Assembly (NCBI GenBank): GCA_964035545.1
Contig: OZ037770.1
Span: 13,320,642-13,384,641, forward strand
Length of the DNA: 64,000 bases
Reading direction: 5' to 3'
DNA from: Bugula neritina
Lineage: Eukaryota; Animalia; Bryozoa
Position numbers and translations under genes: made by a program. Position 1 is the first letter of the stretch, and each line of letters opens with the position of its first letter. This document shows, one piece after another, positions 13,304-25,261 of the stretch. Under the pieces are notes generated by a model that saw nothing but the letters and a program-made list of their open reading frames with translations, had not been told where the DNA came from and searched no databases.

Positions 13304-14589
13304 GCAGGTATACATTTTCATACTTAAACCGGTGTTTGACAATTTTTTGAGAATAAAATTAAGTTTTGAAAAAATGTTTGTAAAACAAAATGTAAATTAA
13401 ATTTGAACTTGATTTGGGTGAGTTTTCAGTCAATAATGTTGGTCTCTCTTTTCAAAGTCTATTCAGTCCGATTTGTATTTGAAATCGAGTCATGTGACCA
13501 TATTTCTCCTGAGATTTCTAATCCTCAAATTTCCAGCTTGTAAAAATTTTTTACTTAAAACATGAGATAGAGTTTTATTATTTTCATACTTATGCCACTA
13601 GAGTACCACCAGAATACGCTGCTTACATATAATCATTCTTGCTTTTAAGATTTAGATGTTTCTGGAAGTTGTCCTGTTAGACTGAGTTTCAGCTCCCAAT
13701 GGATGATGATGTTAGGGGTGACAATTGAAACATCTCAGTTAGATGCAACAACATTAGTTTATCTGACGTAAATACCACTTATCTCGATTTTTTGTTTGCG
13801 TTTAGATCTAATGTATAATAATATATTTACAACTCTTTAATAAGAATTTTTTGTTACTTTTTACTCATTGTGTGTTGTCATGGCTACTTAACCACAAAAT
13901 CTTAGCTATTCCTTGTCAAACATACAGTTGAAGAGAGCTCAGGCTACGAAGTAATCTTAGTTTTGTACTATATAATAGTAGTTCATGTAAGATAAACATA
14001 ACTAAATTTGTAATAAAGTTTACCATAACTGATAGACACTTGATTCATGTTCTGTAATATAAGTCATGTTAGATCATTAATCAAAGATCATACGCGAGTT
14101 TTTAATACAAATCAAAAGCACTTGATGCAAAGACAGCTTCCTGATTAATAAATATGTAGGCAATTTCAACGTTCTCAAGTTTTGGAAAACTGCTAAACTT
14201 TTTGATTATCTAAAATCTCCAATATATATTTACCTAAACCCACTGCAAGTTCTATTTTTCAAAATCCTGTTAACATACTGGAATGCTCGAATTTGTATTT
14301 AAGGTGAGAATTCCTACCTGCCACCACCTACGCTCTACCTGATATAATAAACACAATACTTATTTTAGCATATAAAAAGATGCATATTTTGTTTTTAAAT
14401 TGAGTTGCCACTTTTATATAGAATACAAATTTTCAAAATCATTAAAGCATTGGAACCACAAATGCAATTTGACACATCTGTTTTTGATGAACTACGCGTT
14501 GTAGGAGTTATCGTCTTCATTACATCTGCATTTAAAGAGACGTTATTGGACTCGATGAACTGGAAAAAAATAATATTGGTTCTAGCTCA

Positions 14590-14680
14590 GTGATTGGACT
14601 AACCAAAATCTCATTTGAGACCCATAATTTCCAAAGTGGCGGAATTTCCCCTGAAGTCCAGTGTGCCGAGGATACTAAAT
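14590..14680. promoter_or_regulatory. Putative promoter of TRIM copy 2 with NF-kB site
   Basis: GATTGG at ~14592, GGAATTTCCC at 14641-14650 (GGGAAATTCC on minus strand), followed by the gtgccgagga block shared with copy 1. Confidence 0.5.
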
Positions 14681-15373
14681 TTAGAATTACTAAAATTAAT
14701 ATAAATAGAGGTGACATTGAATGCAACGACAACTATGTCTGCTTAAATAGTTTAATTAAGATAGAGTTAGGTTTTATGTCACTTTAACTTAAAACTTTAT
14801 AAAGCTAGCTTTAATTATTTATAAACAGGTTGAGGTTATACCAATTTTAATTTTAATTTAAGTTTTGAATTTGATACTCCATAGTCATAGTGATAGTCAT
14901 GGTGATGGTCTATACCGACACTCGTACTGATGCCTATAGTCATACTCATACTCATAGCGATAGTCATAGTCGACAGTGATGCTGATGCCACTTTAAAAGC
15001 GTCAATATTAATATAATTTGCTTGTTACAATTGCTTTTCGTTAAAAGTAAAGGCAATCTGCAATTTGAACTCCAACAACTCCTAAATGTACACTTGGAAC
15101 AGTACAATGCTACTAGTTGTAGTACTAGTAAAAACTTGTAATTAGGGCAGATTACCTCAATCTCCTGTTTTCACAGTGACAATAAAATTGTTTTATAATG
15201 TATTTAAACACCTGGTTTAACTAACGTAATTGAATTTTTAACGAAAAACTGAACTGCAAACAAATAAACTATTCGTTCTCATTGCTATTTTTATTAAGTA
15301 TTTACTATGATTACTCTATATATAACTAAATTTATTATTTTATAAATGTAATATGTAACACTTCAGATCAAGC

Positions 15374-18300
15374 ATGGCGGTGGCTGAATTAACTAGAAGT
15401 AATCAGTGTGGATTTTGTTTTCTTCAAGAAGGTTTGGAAGACCCCAAGTTTCTTCCTTGTGGTCACGCTCACTGTTTATCTTGTCTAAATGGTGATTTTG
15501 ATGTTAACAATATGCTGAGATGTCCTTGGTGTAGGTAAGTGATCTTACATCAACTCCTCTCATCAGTACACACTAATGTATGTAGACCCGAATAACAGTA
15601 CATAAAAGCTTAGTGAATATTTACAGTCAGTTTTTAACGCATAAAATCGTGATTATAAACAGCATAGGACACTATAAAAGTGAAATAAATTTATAAAATC
15701 GTTGCCTGGTAGTTTAGGATGATTTAATTCAAATTTAACTGTGCTATTTTCCAGAGAAGTGTGTAATGCGAGTATAGAGAGTCTCCCGTCTGCTGATATG
15801 GAAGATAACTCCACACCTTGTGATGTCTGCACTAAGAAAAAAATAAAAAACATATCAGCAGTCATTTACTGTACTGTGTGTCATAAACTCCTCTGCCAGG
15901 AACATAATGAGGTTAGGGTTTATCTAAAGTTGTTTACTGTATTGGCTAAATATTTAGTTTTGCATTTTTAAACTCAATTTTAATTATTGTTTTGTTGATT
16001 CAGTAAACTTGATTGAATAAATAAATGTCAATAATAATAAATTAATATTCAATATCAATGCAGTCCTTTTCACTGACTGGTGATAGAGAACGCTTTGTAA
16101 TTTTTTTGCAATTGTTGACTGGTTTATCAATTACTTGTTACTTGATAATCTAATTAAATAATTTGTATCGTGTTATAAATAAAATGTTTGCTTTGTAATA
16201 GCAACATGATGTCGTCTGTGATGACCACCAGAAGATGACCATCTGTGACTACAGAATACAAGCCAAGAGACTGGAAAGAAGAGTTTGTCCCAAACACGCA
16301 GACCAGCAGATATCTCAGGGTTGTAGAGTCTGTGTTCAGTTGTTCTGTGTGCAGTGTTTATCTGGCATTGAGTCATGTGTTGGAGGTAAGACTTCCTTAG
16401 TGCTTAAAGAATTTATTTAGTAGCTAGCTGGTACAAGTAGCAGTGCTATTGCATTTATATTTACATTTAGTTTTTAGTGATTTAGTAGATATGAGTAGAA
16501 TTTGCTTATCTAAAATAGATTATAAATAAACTCTCGTTTCTTTATCTTGTCCCATTTCTGTGATATTGTAAAAACTCGTTTCCATTGTTGGGAATGCTCT
16601 TCCTAACATCACCAATAACCTTTACGGAGATTCAGACCCTGTGTTTACTGAGCCAGTGCGTTGACCCCTAGACCGCGGCTACTCCATAGTATTTGTTATG
16701 AATATTGTGAGTATAAAAGCCGGTGTACATATATCACAGGCTCATCCCATGACATGGTGGGTCTAGATGACCTAGTTCAACACATAACAGATTTAAATAA
16801 ACTGATTGGTACAGAGGAAAAAGTGTCTGCTTTCTTCAAAAAGATTTCCAAAACTGTGTCTGATTTTGACACGGAGACAAGAGATATGTTGGATGTTCTA
16901 TACACTCAACGTGATGAACAGGTGACTGTTTATATTAGGGTATTGTACCTCGTAGCACGTGTGTATTATTTTAAGGTATAGGAGCTATTGACCCCAACCT
17001 ACAGAGAATTATGTGAATAAATTTCAAAATACAGTAGACAGCACAAGGCACTTCTGCTGCACACGATTTATTTTTTTAATGTTCGTATCTTCCTGCTAGA
17101 TGAACGCTGTAAGTTACCGGGATTTGGCGATTTGGAAAGTTCTAGGTGATAAATTATGTTTGAGTTGTAATGTTAAATTTGTAGCTCAGTAATTGATTTA
17201 TTTTGAGACTATCTACTGATTTAGTTGAGTGAGGTGAGACTGAAGTATGAAAAACTTGAGAAGGAATTCTTAGCTAGTAGAAAGAAGACTAAAGAGGAAC
17301 TGAACAGATACATGGAGAGAGAAGTTGGAACCGTTTGGTCTGAACTGAGCAGGAATAGAATGAAGATAGAAACTCAACTTAGACATGACAATCAGGTGTG
17401 TTGAATAGGATTTTAGGTAAAATTGGTACAGGTAAAAATGGCACAAGTAATGATGGCGCAAATGGAAAGTGGGTACAAATGACACACTGATTTTACATTT
17501 TCTCAAACCCCAAACTCAGACTGCCATTTCCAAACCTAAACCCGCATCTCAAGCACCCAAACCCTAATATTGAGAATGTGCCATTTTTACCTACTTTGCC
17601 ATTTGTGCCATTTTTACCTGTGCCATTTTTACCGGACACTGTTGAATACTTGTCTGTTTTCTAATTTAAGACTTTTGCTTTTCTGCTACTGCCGAGACCA
17701 TTTAGCCCGGAACATAACTTTTAGATGCTATGTGTATAAAAAGATACATTTGTAGTCACTATCTATTGGGAGTTCAACTTTACTCTGTCATCCAATAATG
17801 TATCGCTATGAAATATCATCAGAGAACTTCATGGTTTTGTTATTGTGAAATGGGTTATAGTTAGTTATGGTTATGGTGAGTTTTATTCTCTGTAGATAAT
17901 GCAGATGTTGCATTGAATTTACTTTTTATGAGAAAAAATGAAAGTATACATCTCAGTTTGCTTGACATAATAACATATATAGTAAGGTATATATTGTTTG
18001 TAAGTTAATAGACACACCGATATTGCTTTGGCTAGCTGCTGTATTATTGTGTTGTAAGCCTTCACACTTGAGTCTTTCTGTGATTTCTGTTGATAGTGTT
18101 ATATTACGTACATGCTGAAATAAACTGAACAGTCAAAGTCGTTTTACAGGTGGATCTGGTTGAAGGATTTGCAGAGATTAAAGAGAGAATACAGAGGCTG
18201 ATATCTGTTGAGATACCTAAACTAGAGCTGTGTGATGTCATGTCTCTAAAGGTCAAAGGTTAGTATACTAAACTATAGCTTATCAATTTCTACTCTATTA

Positions 18301-19364
18301 GTAAAATATGAGATTCTTATATATACTGTAAGATAAAGTTTCTATACTTTATAGCATCTACTATACCTCTATTTGTAGATGTTATTTCTATAGTTTATAG
18401 TATCACCGAACCTCTCTTTGTAGACAAGAAAAGAGACATAGAAGTAGAAGTGGTATCCGAAGCAGATGTATCTGCTGGTTTAAATCAAGGAGTGATATTG
18501 TATACTCTTCCTAAATCTCTCAAACTCGTCAAATCTGTTGATGTTTCTAATGACTGTAGGTCTGTCTGTGAATATGAGGGCAACACTTACATAGGATTGT
18601 CAGTGGGAGGGATAGATAGAATAGATGAGGGTTTCAATGTTACCAAATCATTTATTAGTAGTGATAGATATGTGGAATCGGTTACTGTGTATAAGGACAG
18701 AATATATGTATTGTTTCGGGTGGATTACGGCAGTACTGTCAATGTTTACACTCTTAAGGGTGACCAGGTGATCAGATGGTATCATGAGGGTGAAAGTGTT
18801 CATTTAAACAAACTTGTAATTATTGATGATCAGGTTGTAATCCCTAATAGATGTCGTCAATCATTTACAATTTACTCTCTTACTGGGAAGGTAATTAAGC
18901 ATGTGCCTTGCTCTCTACTCAGTGCAGACTCCCCGGTAGGTATATGTACAGCAGGCAGACATTGTGTAGTAGTTTCTGACTGGGGTTCCTCTCAAGTATT
19001 TAAATTAGACTTGACAACAGAGAAAGTCATCTGGACATGCAAAGATGTATCTAAGCCAGAAAGTGTGACCTGCTATAGAAGTAAATATATTTTGGTGGCC
19101 AGCTACAACAGTAAAACTATCTGGGTACTGGATGTAAAGACAGGTTAGTAGACCATAATCTTAGTATTGTATATATTCCATGTATATAAATCAGAGAAGG
19201 TGGTTCAGGCCAGTAGCCATACATTTAATAATGTTGCAGGTGAACCCTTGTCTGAATTACGGGAGGCTGAAGGCAAAATTACTGTGTATGATCTAGCTAT
19301 ATCTGGGAATACCTTGATCGTACCTTCTGGTAAGAAGAAAGTGCTGTTCTACCAAATGAACTGA
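15374..19364 (+). CDS. TRIM-family E3 ligase (RING, B-box1, B-box2, coiled coil, NHL-like beta-propeller), copy 2, 602 aa
   Basis: Exons 15374-15534, 15755-15911, 16202-16385, 16740-16921, 17225-17395, 18150-18258, 18424-19143 and 19240-19364. Same exon lengths as copy 1, no stops or frameshifts, RING and B-box Cys/His pattern retained. Confidence 0.93.
16587..16685 (-). mobile_element. Truncated tRNA-derived SINE in TRIM copy 2 intron 3
   Basis: Same intron position as 10384-10479; same family as 38425-38530. Confidence 0.7.
17408..17639. mobile_element. Foldback/Mutator-like MITE in TRIM copy 2 intron 5
   Basis: Perfect 9-bp direct repeat tgttgaata at 17399-17407 and 17640-17648; inverted arms of ggtaaaaatggcaca subrepeats. 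Confidence 0.8.
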
Positions 19365-20608
19365 GCAGGTATACATTTTCATACTTGAACTGGTGTTCGA
19401 CAATTTTCTGAGAATAAAATTAAATTTTGAAAAAATGTTTGTAAAACAAAATGTAAATAAAATTTCAACTTGATTTAGGTGAGTTTTCAGTCAATAATGT
19501 TGGTCTCTCTTTTCCAAGTCTATTCGGTCAGATTTGTATTTGAAATTTCTCCTGAGATTTCTAATGATCAATTTTTCAGCTTGTAAAAACTTTTTACTTA
19601 AAACATGTTTTATTGTTTTATTATTTTCATACTTATGCCACTAGAATACCACCAGAATACGCTGCTTACATATCATCAATCTTGCTTTTAAGATTTAGAT
19701 GTTTCTGGAAGTTGTCCTGTGAGACTGAGTTCCAGCTCCCAATGGATGATGATGTTAGGGGTGACAGTTGAAGCATCTCAGTTAGATGCAACAACATTAG
19801 TTTATCTGACATAAATACCACTTAACTCGACTTTTTGTTTGTTTAGATCTAATGTATAATCATATATTTACAGCTTTTTAATAATAATTTTTGTTACTTT
19901 TTACTTATTGTGTTTTACTTATTATGTTATTATATACTTACTGTGTATTATCATGGTGGCTCACAGATATTAACTTATTTTTTGTAAATCATGCAATTGT
20001 AAGCTCAAGCGATATCTAATAAGAGTAAATTTATTTTTAGTTTGTAGTATAATATAATGGTGTGTCATGTAAGTTATATATACAAATATCCATGTTATAA
20101 ATTTATATTATAGTTTACAATATCTGGCCATTTATTCATAATATATGTTGGACTGTCAGTATATTATATTGTGTACGGTTCTTGTTTCAATGTCAACAAA
20201 CCTAGTTTAATTCACCAAAATCTAGGTAAAGTTTATTATAGTAATTTTTTAACTTTGTTTACATCATTGTAATAACCATTTCATGCCTTTATTACAGCTT
20301 TTTTTAATACCATCTGCTTGGATTTGTCTTATTTTTCACTCTGTATTCCATAAACATTCCAATGTCTATTGTTTGTGCAATAACTACTCAGTCATTTGAT
20401 TCATCTATTAGTAAATCAACATGAATAAAATAAATAAACTGTTTTTCCAACATTTCTAATTCATACTTTTTCAATTTTAATCAACTAGCAGACAGCTCAA
20501 GGGTATTCTCTACACACTAAAACTTGTTAGCCAAGTATCTCAATTTAGTTATTGCCAAATAAGATGTAACTTGCTGAAGTAAACAGTGTACTAGTTTGGT
20601 ATCCATTA

Positions 20609-23600
20609 CTAGTTGAAGAGCAACTCATTGAAGTACTTCAACTGAGAGAGTATACTAGTTTGGTATCTGTTTGTTGGTCGCACAACCTTCTGTCTATCTG
20701 CTCTCTCAAAGTTGGATCTGAACATCTCATAATATCCACCGTCTGCTAGGGTTACAGATCTCAGATCCATGCATCTCATTCTACAATCAGCCAATAAAGT
20801 AATCAGCTAGAATTATTTTTGAAACTGCATGGTGTGGACTGTAAACTTGCAAAGTAACTACTACTGCTACTAATAATAATAATCATAATTTATTAATTGA
20901 AACAATATTTTACACATGACACTAATTCTGAACAGATATTACGACTTGTATGAACTATTTTTACATTAGTTGTCCAGAAAGTTAAATGTGAATCGCATCA
21001 ATATGATTGGTTTTGATACCCTTACTTTGACTAATCAAGTTCAATTTTTTCGAGAAAACATAGTCACGCTAGAAGATCAGCCAATCACTGATCATACATG
21101 AGTTTTTATACAAGCACTACCTTTGTTTATACTTATTTCTAGCGCAAACGTTACAGTAAACACCTGAATCAACTCACCTCATCAAATCGATGAATTTGCT
21201 ACTCTTATCACTGTATCGTATTGTATCAGGTTCCCACTGTATCTCTACTCGAACAAGTCGTCTGCTGTGAGTAGCTAAGGCATTTATTATCTGATCCACG
21301 TGTACTCTACTCATGTTGCCGTGAAACCAGCCATGTGCTTTACCAATAGTCAAAATTCTAAAACATAAAATAAAAAATAATTTAAAAATCTAAAGTGAGT
21401 TTAACCACAATTTCACTTTCAAACACGAATAAGGTGTTGTAGAAATTGAGCATATTACTCAAATGATTGATTACCGAACCGTAACCAAATATTGAGTTTC
21501 CTACAATTAACTGAAGAACGGTTTTGTTCATCCATCATTTATGAGCTCTACTCACCGGATGTTAGGTAAATGAGGTATAGCAGCCAGCCAGAAGTGCTCA
21601 TCTAGTTTAGATTTACCGTTCAACATGAGACCATGTAGCATGTGTCCGTGTGTTTGTATGTAGTTCATGATGACTTGGTCTGAGAGGCTGTATGTGTTAC
21701 TCAAGTCCACACTCTTTAGAAGTTCCAGTTTGTTGTTGGTAGACATTGACAGTAACACCTGCAACCAAAGATGGAGGTATATGACAGGTAATTCAATAGC
21801 CCATAATATGCTTTAATTAATTGTTTTCATGATGTTTTGGCTTAGAGAGCTCAAAGTATTGCAGAAATACCGTGACTTGTTTTGTGAGATTTTTTATCTT
21901 CACCTAAGCTTTATTATTTCAAGGTATTTTATTGTAGGCCTATAAAAACTGACACAAGGCACGTGTGCAAATTAAATAATTTTTCTCATTTCATACATTA
22001 TTAATACACCTATGAATTTGTTCTATAAAACGACTTAATACTTGAATGCGTATTTTCTAAGTGTATAGTTTCATTGCTCTTGCAAATTTAGCAATATGCA
22101 TATTTAAACTTTAAAGACACATTTTACCGTACAAATTTCTGTATTTTATTTAAAGCAGAAAGTTTAAAAGGAAGGGTAGAATGTGAATGCATTGGTTTTG
22201 TGTAGAGCAAATTGAATTTTACTGAATTTACTTGTAATTTTTTTAACCCTTACTTTATGAATGGTATCCTTGAGACTCTGGTTTTAGGTATACATTGAAG
22301 AGTTATCTTACCTTGTCAGTGAAGAAGTCGCAGTGAGCTACAGAGAGAAATGAGAGACTCGGTAGTTTAGTGAGTAGTTCCATTATAGTGTTCTCACTTA
22401 AATCAGTGCAACTGATGTCTAACTCCTTTATATGCTTACACTTGTGCCAGTCTACTGCCTCCATATATTCATCCTTGAGGTCTGAAATAGGCATTTCATA
22501 GTGCGAGTGGAGTTATCTCCCTTCTTATTCCACTCTAGAGAGTCATGTATAGAAGAATGCATTATGAAAGTTGTAAAACTTCATTATATGCATTATAAGT
22601 TTTTAACTTAAAAACTTGGTGTGCTTTGGCTTTTCCTATTGCATTGTGTTACACTAGTCTGCCTATATAGGCCCATGCTCTGTATATACAATACTCTGTA
22701 TACACAATACTCAAGCTATGCATGCATATGGACAATTAATAGTTACTGTAATATATCAGTATATGCAATAGAGAAAATGTTTGAAATTAATTTATCCACC
22801 TTTTTTGACAAATTTTAAATGTTTCTCTTGATCTTGGTAATTATACAATAAGATTAATACTTAGATGGTAGCTAATTAAAAACATATTTAAGTATATCTT
22901 TTTATACAAGCGACTCAAATTATTCAAGTTCACATAATTTCTTTAATAAAAGCATTATAACTTAGTAGCAGGAGTAGGTATGACAATGTTCTCTACCTGT
23001 ATGGCGAAGAAGCAGCGTTTGAAGTTTCTTACAGCGAGACGTCAGATGTTTGAGAGACGACCCAGTCACCTGCAGGCAGTAGTTTACCGCCAAAACCTCC
23101 AGGTGGATGCAACTGGCCGCCAGCATTTCAAGATGGCTGTCTTCCACAAATGTTACCCCGTAAAAGTTCACTATCCGTAGATTAGGAGTGTAACCTCTTA
23201 TTTTCCCGATGTTTATGACTTCAAACTTTTCTTCACTTTCACTGGACAGATCAAATGTACCTACGCACATGCAATACCGACACACATACAGACGCAGTTG
23301 GCTGCTTGTAAAGTAAGAGGAACATTATGCTATTTAAGTAAACTTTGTCTAAAAAACTGGATGCATTGGAGTTGTCTTATCTCAATTAAAAACCTCATTT
23401 AGATTTTTCAGCAGTAAACTTTCTGCATAAATCAACAGTCTGTTGCACAGACATCTTTGTAGGCATATTGTATTTACTATAACTACTGTACTTACTATAC
23501 TTACTGTATTTACTATACTTCCTGTATTTACTATACTTCCTATAACTACTGTACTTACTATACTTACTGTATTTACTATATTTACTATACTTACTGTATT

Positions 23601-25261
23601 TACTATACTTTCTATAACTACTGTACTTCCTATAACTACTGTACTTACTATACTTACTGTATTTACTATACTTACTATAACTACTGTACTTACTATACTT
23701 ACTGTATTTACTATATTTACTATACTTACTATAATATTTACTATACTCACTATATTTACTATACATATTATACTCACTATAATTACTATATTTACTATAC
23801 TTACTATATTTACTTGTCTATAGTATCAAGCAAGCTTAGCATGAACCCCTCTACTATAGCTCAGAGCCTACCAATAAGGTGAAGGACTTTCAGAGACGAC
23901 AAGAAGCTGTAGACTCTCCTCATGAACCCCTCAAGGAAGACAACTTCTGAGAGACAGATACACAGGCTATATAAGTTGCTAGGGAAGCTGTTGAGGTCGG
24001 TGAAGTCATACAGCTAAAACAATAGTATAGTACTCAGGCTAAGATTGGAAGAGGCTCAATTAACCAATCAAAACGCTAGTTACATTCTGTTAATGTGTAA
24101 TTTTGTTCCCAGAGAAATGTTTCTCTTCGATATGTGAATACAGTCACCTGTGTAGCCTTAGAGAAGTCTAAAGTCATTCTCTTCACCCCTGGACACTTAT
24201 TGGCCAGTTCATGGACCACAGGCACAGTTATAAACTCGCATGGTAAATCTATAGATCGCAGCTGATTTGCAAATCTGAAAAAGTTTCAAGACTATAAGTA
24301 GTTTGAGAGAATATAACTTTTCTGCATGGGACATAACTACAGGTTGATGCATCATAGTAACTTAGTAATTTGTCAGGTTTTTATTAACTGCCTGATACTA
24401 AATCAAAAGCAGCCTAAATTTCATGACCAAAGCTAAGCAAAACACAACATTACCAAATCATAGAACATAAGTTCAGATACTTCATTTTCTTAGTTTATAC
24501 AGAATCTATGTGCCTCTTTTTACCTCACACTAATGAGAGCCATGATAGCCTGAGCCTGTACACTGTAGTCTGTGTACTCTGCTCTAAACGTCATGTCTTT
24601 CCATAACTGGCCATTGTAGCTGAGTAATCTCCACTTGCGACATACTAGGGCCACAGTCTTGGCCAGTTCTCTGTGAGGGACGTATGACAATACCGAGAGC
24701 AAGCTCTTCTCTGGCAGATCATTTATATGCAGCTAAAAAATAAGATATATATACCATACATGTTGTGTGTATGTGTATGTGTATGTGTGTGCTCTCGTGT
24801 AAAATTGTAAATTTTTACTAATATAACAGATTGCGTGCTTAGATATTGCTGCTTCCTTGTATTAAATGTCCATGTTGAGTTAGCACATATAATATGTTCA
24901 TAATATTATCTACCCAACTGGTTATTTACTAATTGGACGAACATATTGCATTGTATGTATTTTTGTGGTATGTTTAGACCTATAAAGTAGACTTTAACTT
25001 ATAAATACTTATAAACCATCCAACCAATAACCCACATGCACATGTTGACAAATATACTGACACATATACTAACACATATACTGACACATATACTGTTACT
25101 GACACATATACTGACACATATACTGACAAATATACTGACACATATACTGATACATATACTGACACATATACTGACACACATATACTGACACATATACCTA
25201 CCCCTACATGTTCCGTTAAGGCAGAGTCCTCTCCAACTCTCCCATGCTCTTCCTCACTCAT
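20609..25261 (-). CDS. F-box/leucine-rich-repeat (FBXL) protein, 506 aa
   Basis: Exons 25261-25208, 24732-24524, 24274-24148, 24013-23872, 23260-22997, 22481-22312, 21758-21556, 21357-21178 and 20780-20609 total 1521 nt with consistent phases. F-box INDLPEKSLLSVLSYVPHRELAKTVALVCRKWRLL..LWK; Cys-containing LRRs (CIHLEVLAVNYCLQVT, IKELDISCTDLS). First coding exon is less certain. Confidence 0.9.
23463..23815. repeat. Intronic 9-bp-period minisatellite (ttactatac-like)
   Basis: Direct inspection; source of the spurious YSK/TIL ORFs. Confidence 0.95.
25050..25200. repeat. 12-bp tandem repeat tactgacacata
   Basis: About 12 copies starting just inside the minus-strand donor at 25206-25207. Confidence 0.9.

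Larger units (their letters stand above)
8345..20130 (+). repeat. Tandem segmental duplication: ~8345-14050 and ~14662-20130 (offset ~6.1-6.3 kb)
   Basis: Collinear high identity across upstream region, all exons, introns, shared TE insertions and 3' flank. Boundaries are approximate. Confidence 0.9.

Noticed and set aside
15374-19364. TRIM copy 2 as a pseudogene
   Set aside because: All exon lengths, splice sites and the RING/B-box Cys/His pattern are intact, with no premature stops.
23382-23823. YSK-repeat and TIL-repeat ORFs
   Set aside because: 9-bp intronic repeat within the FBXL gene.
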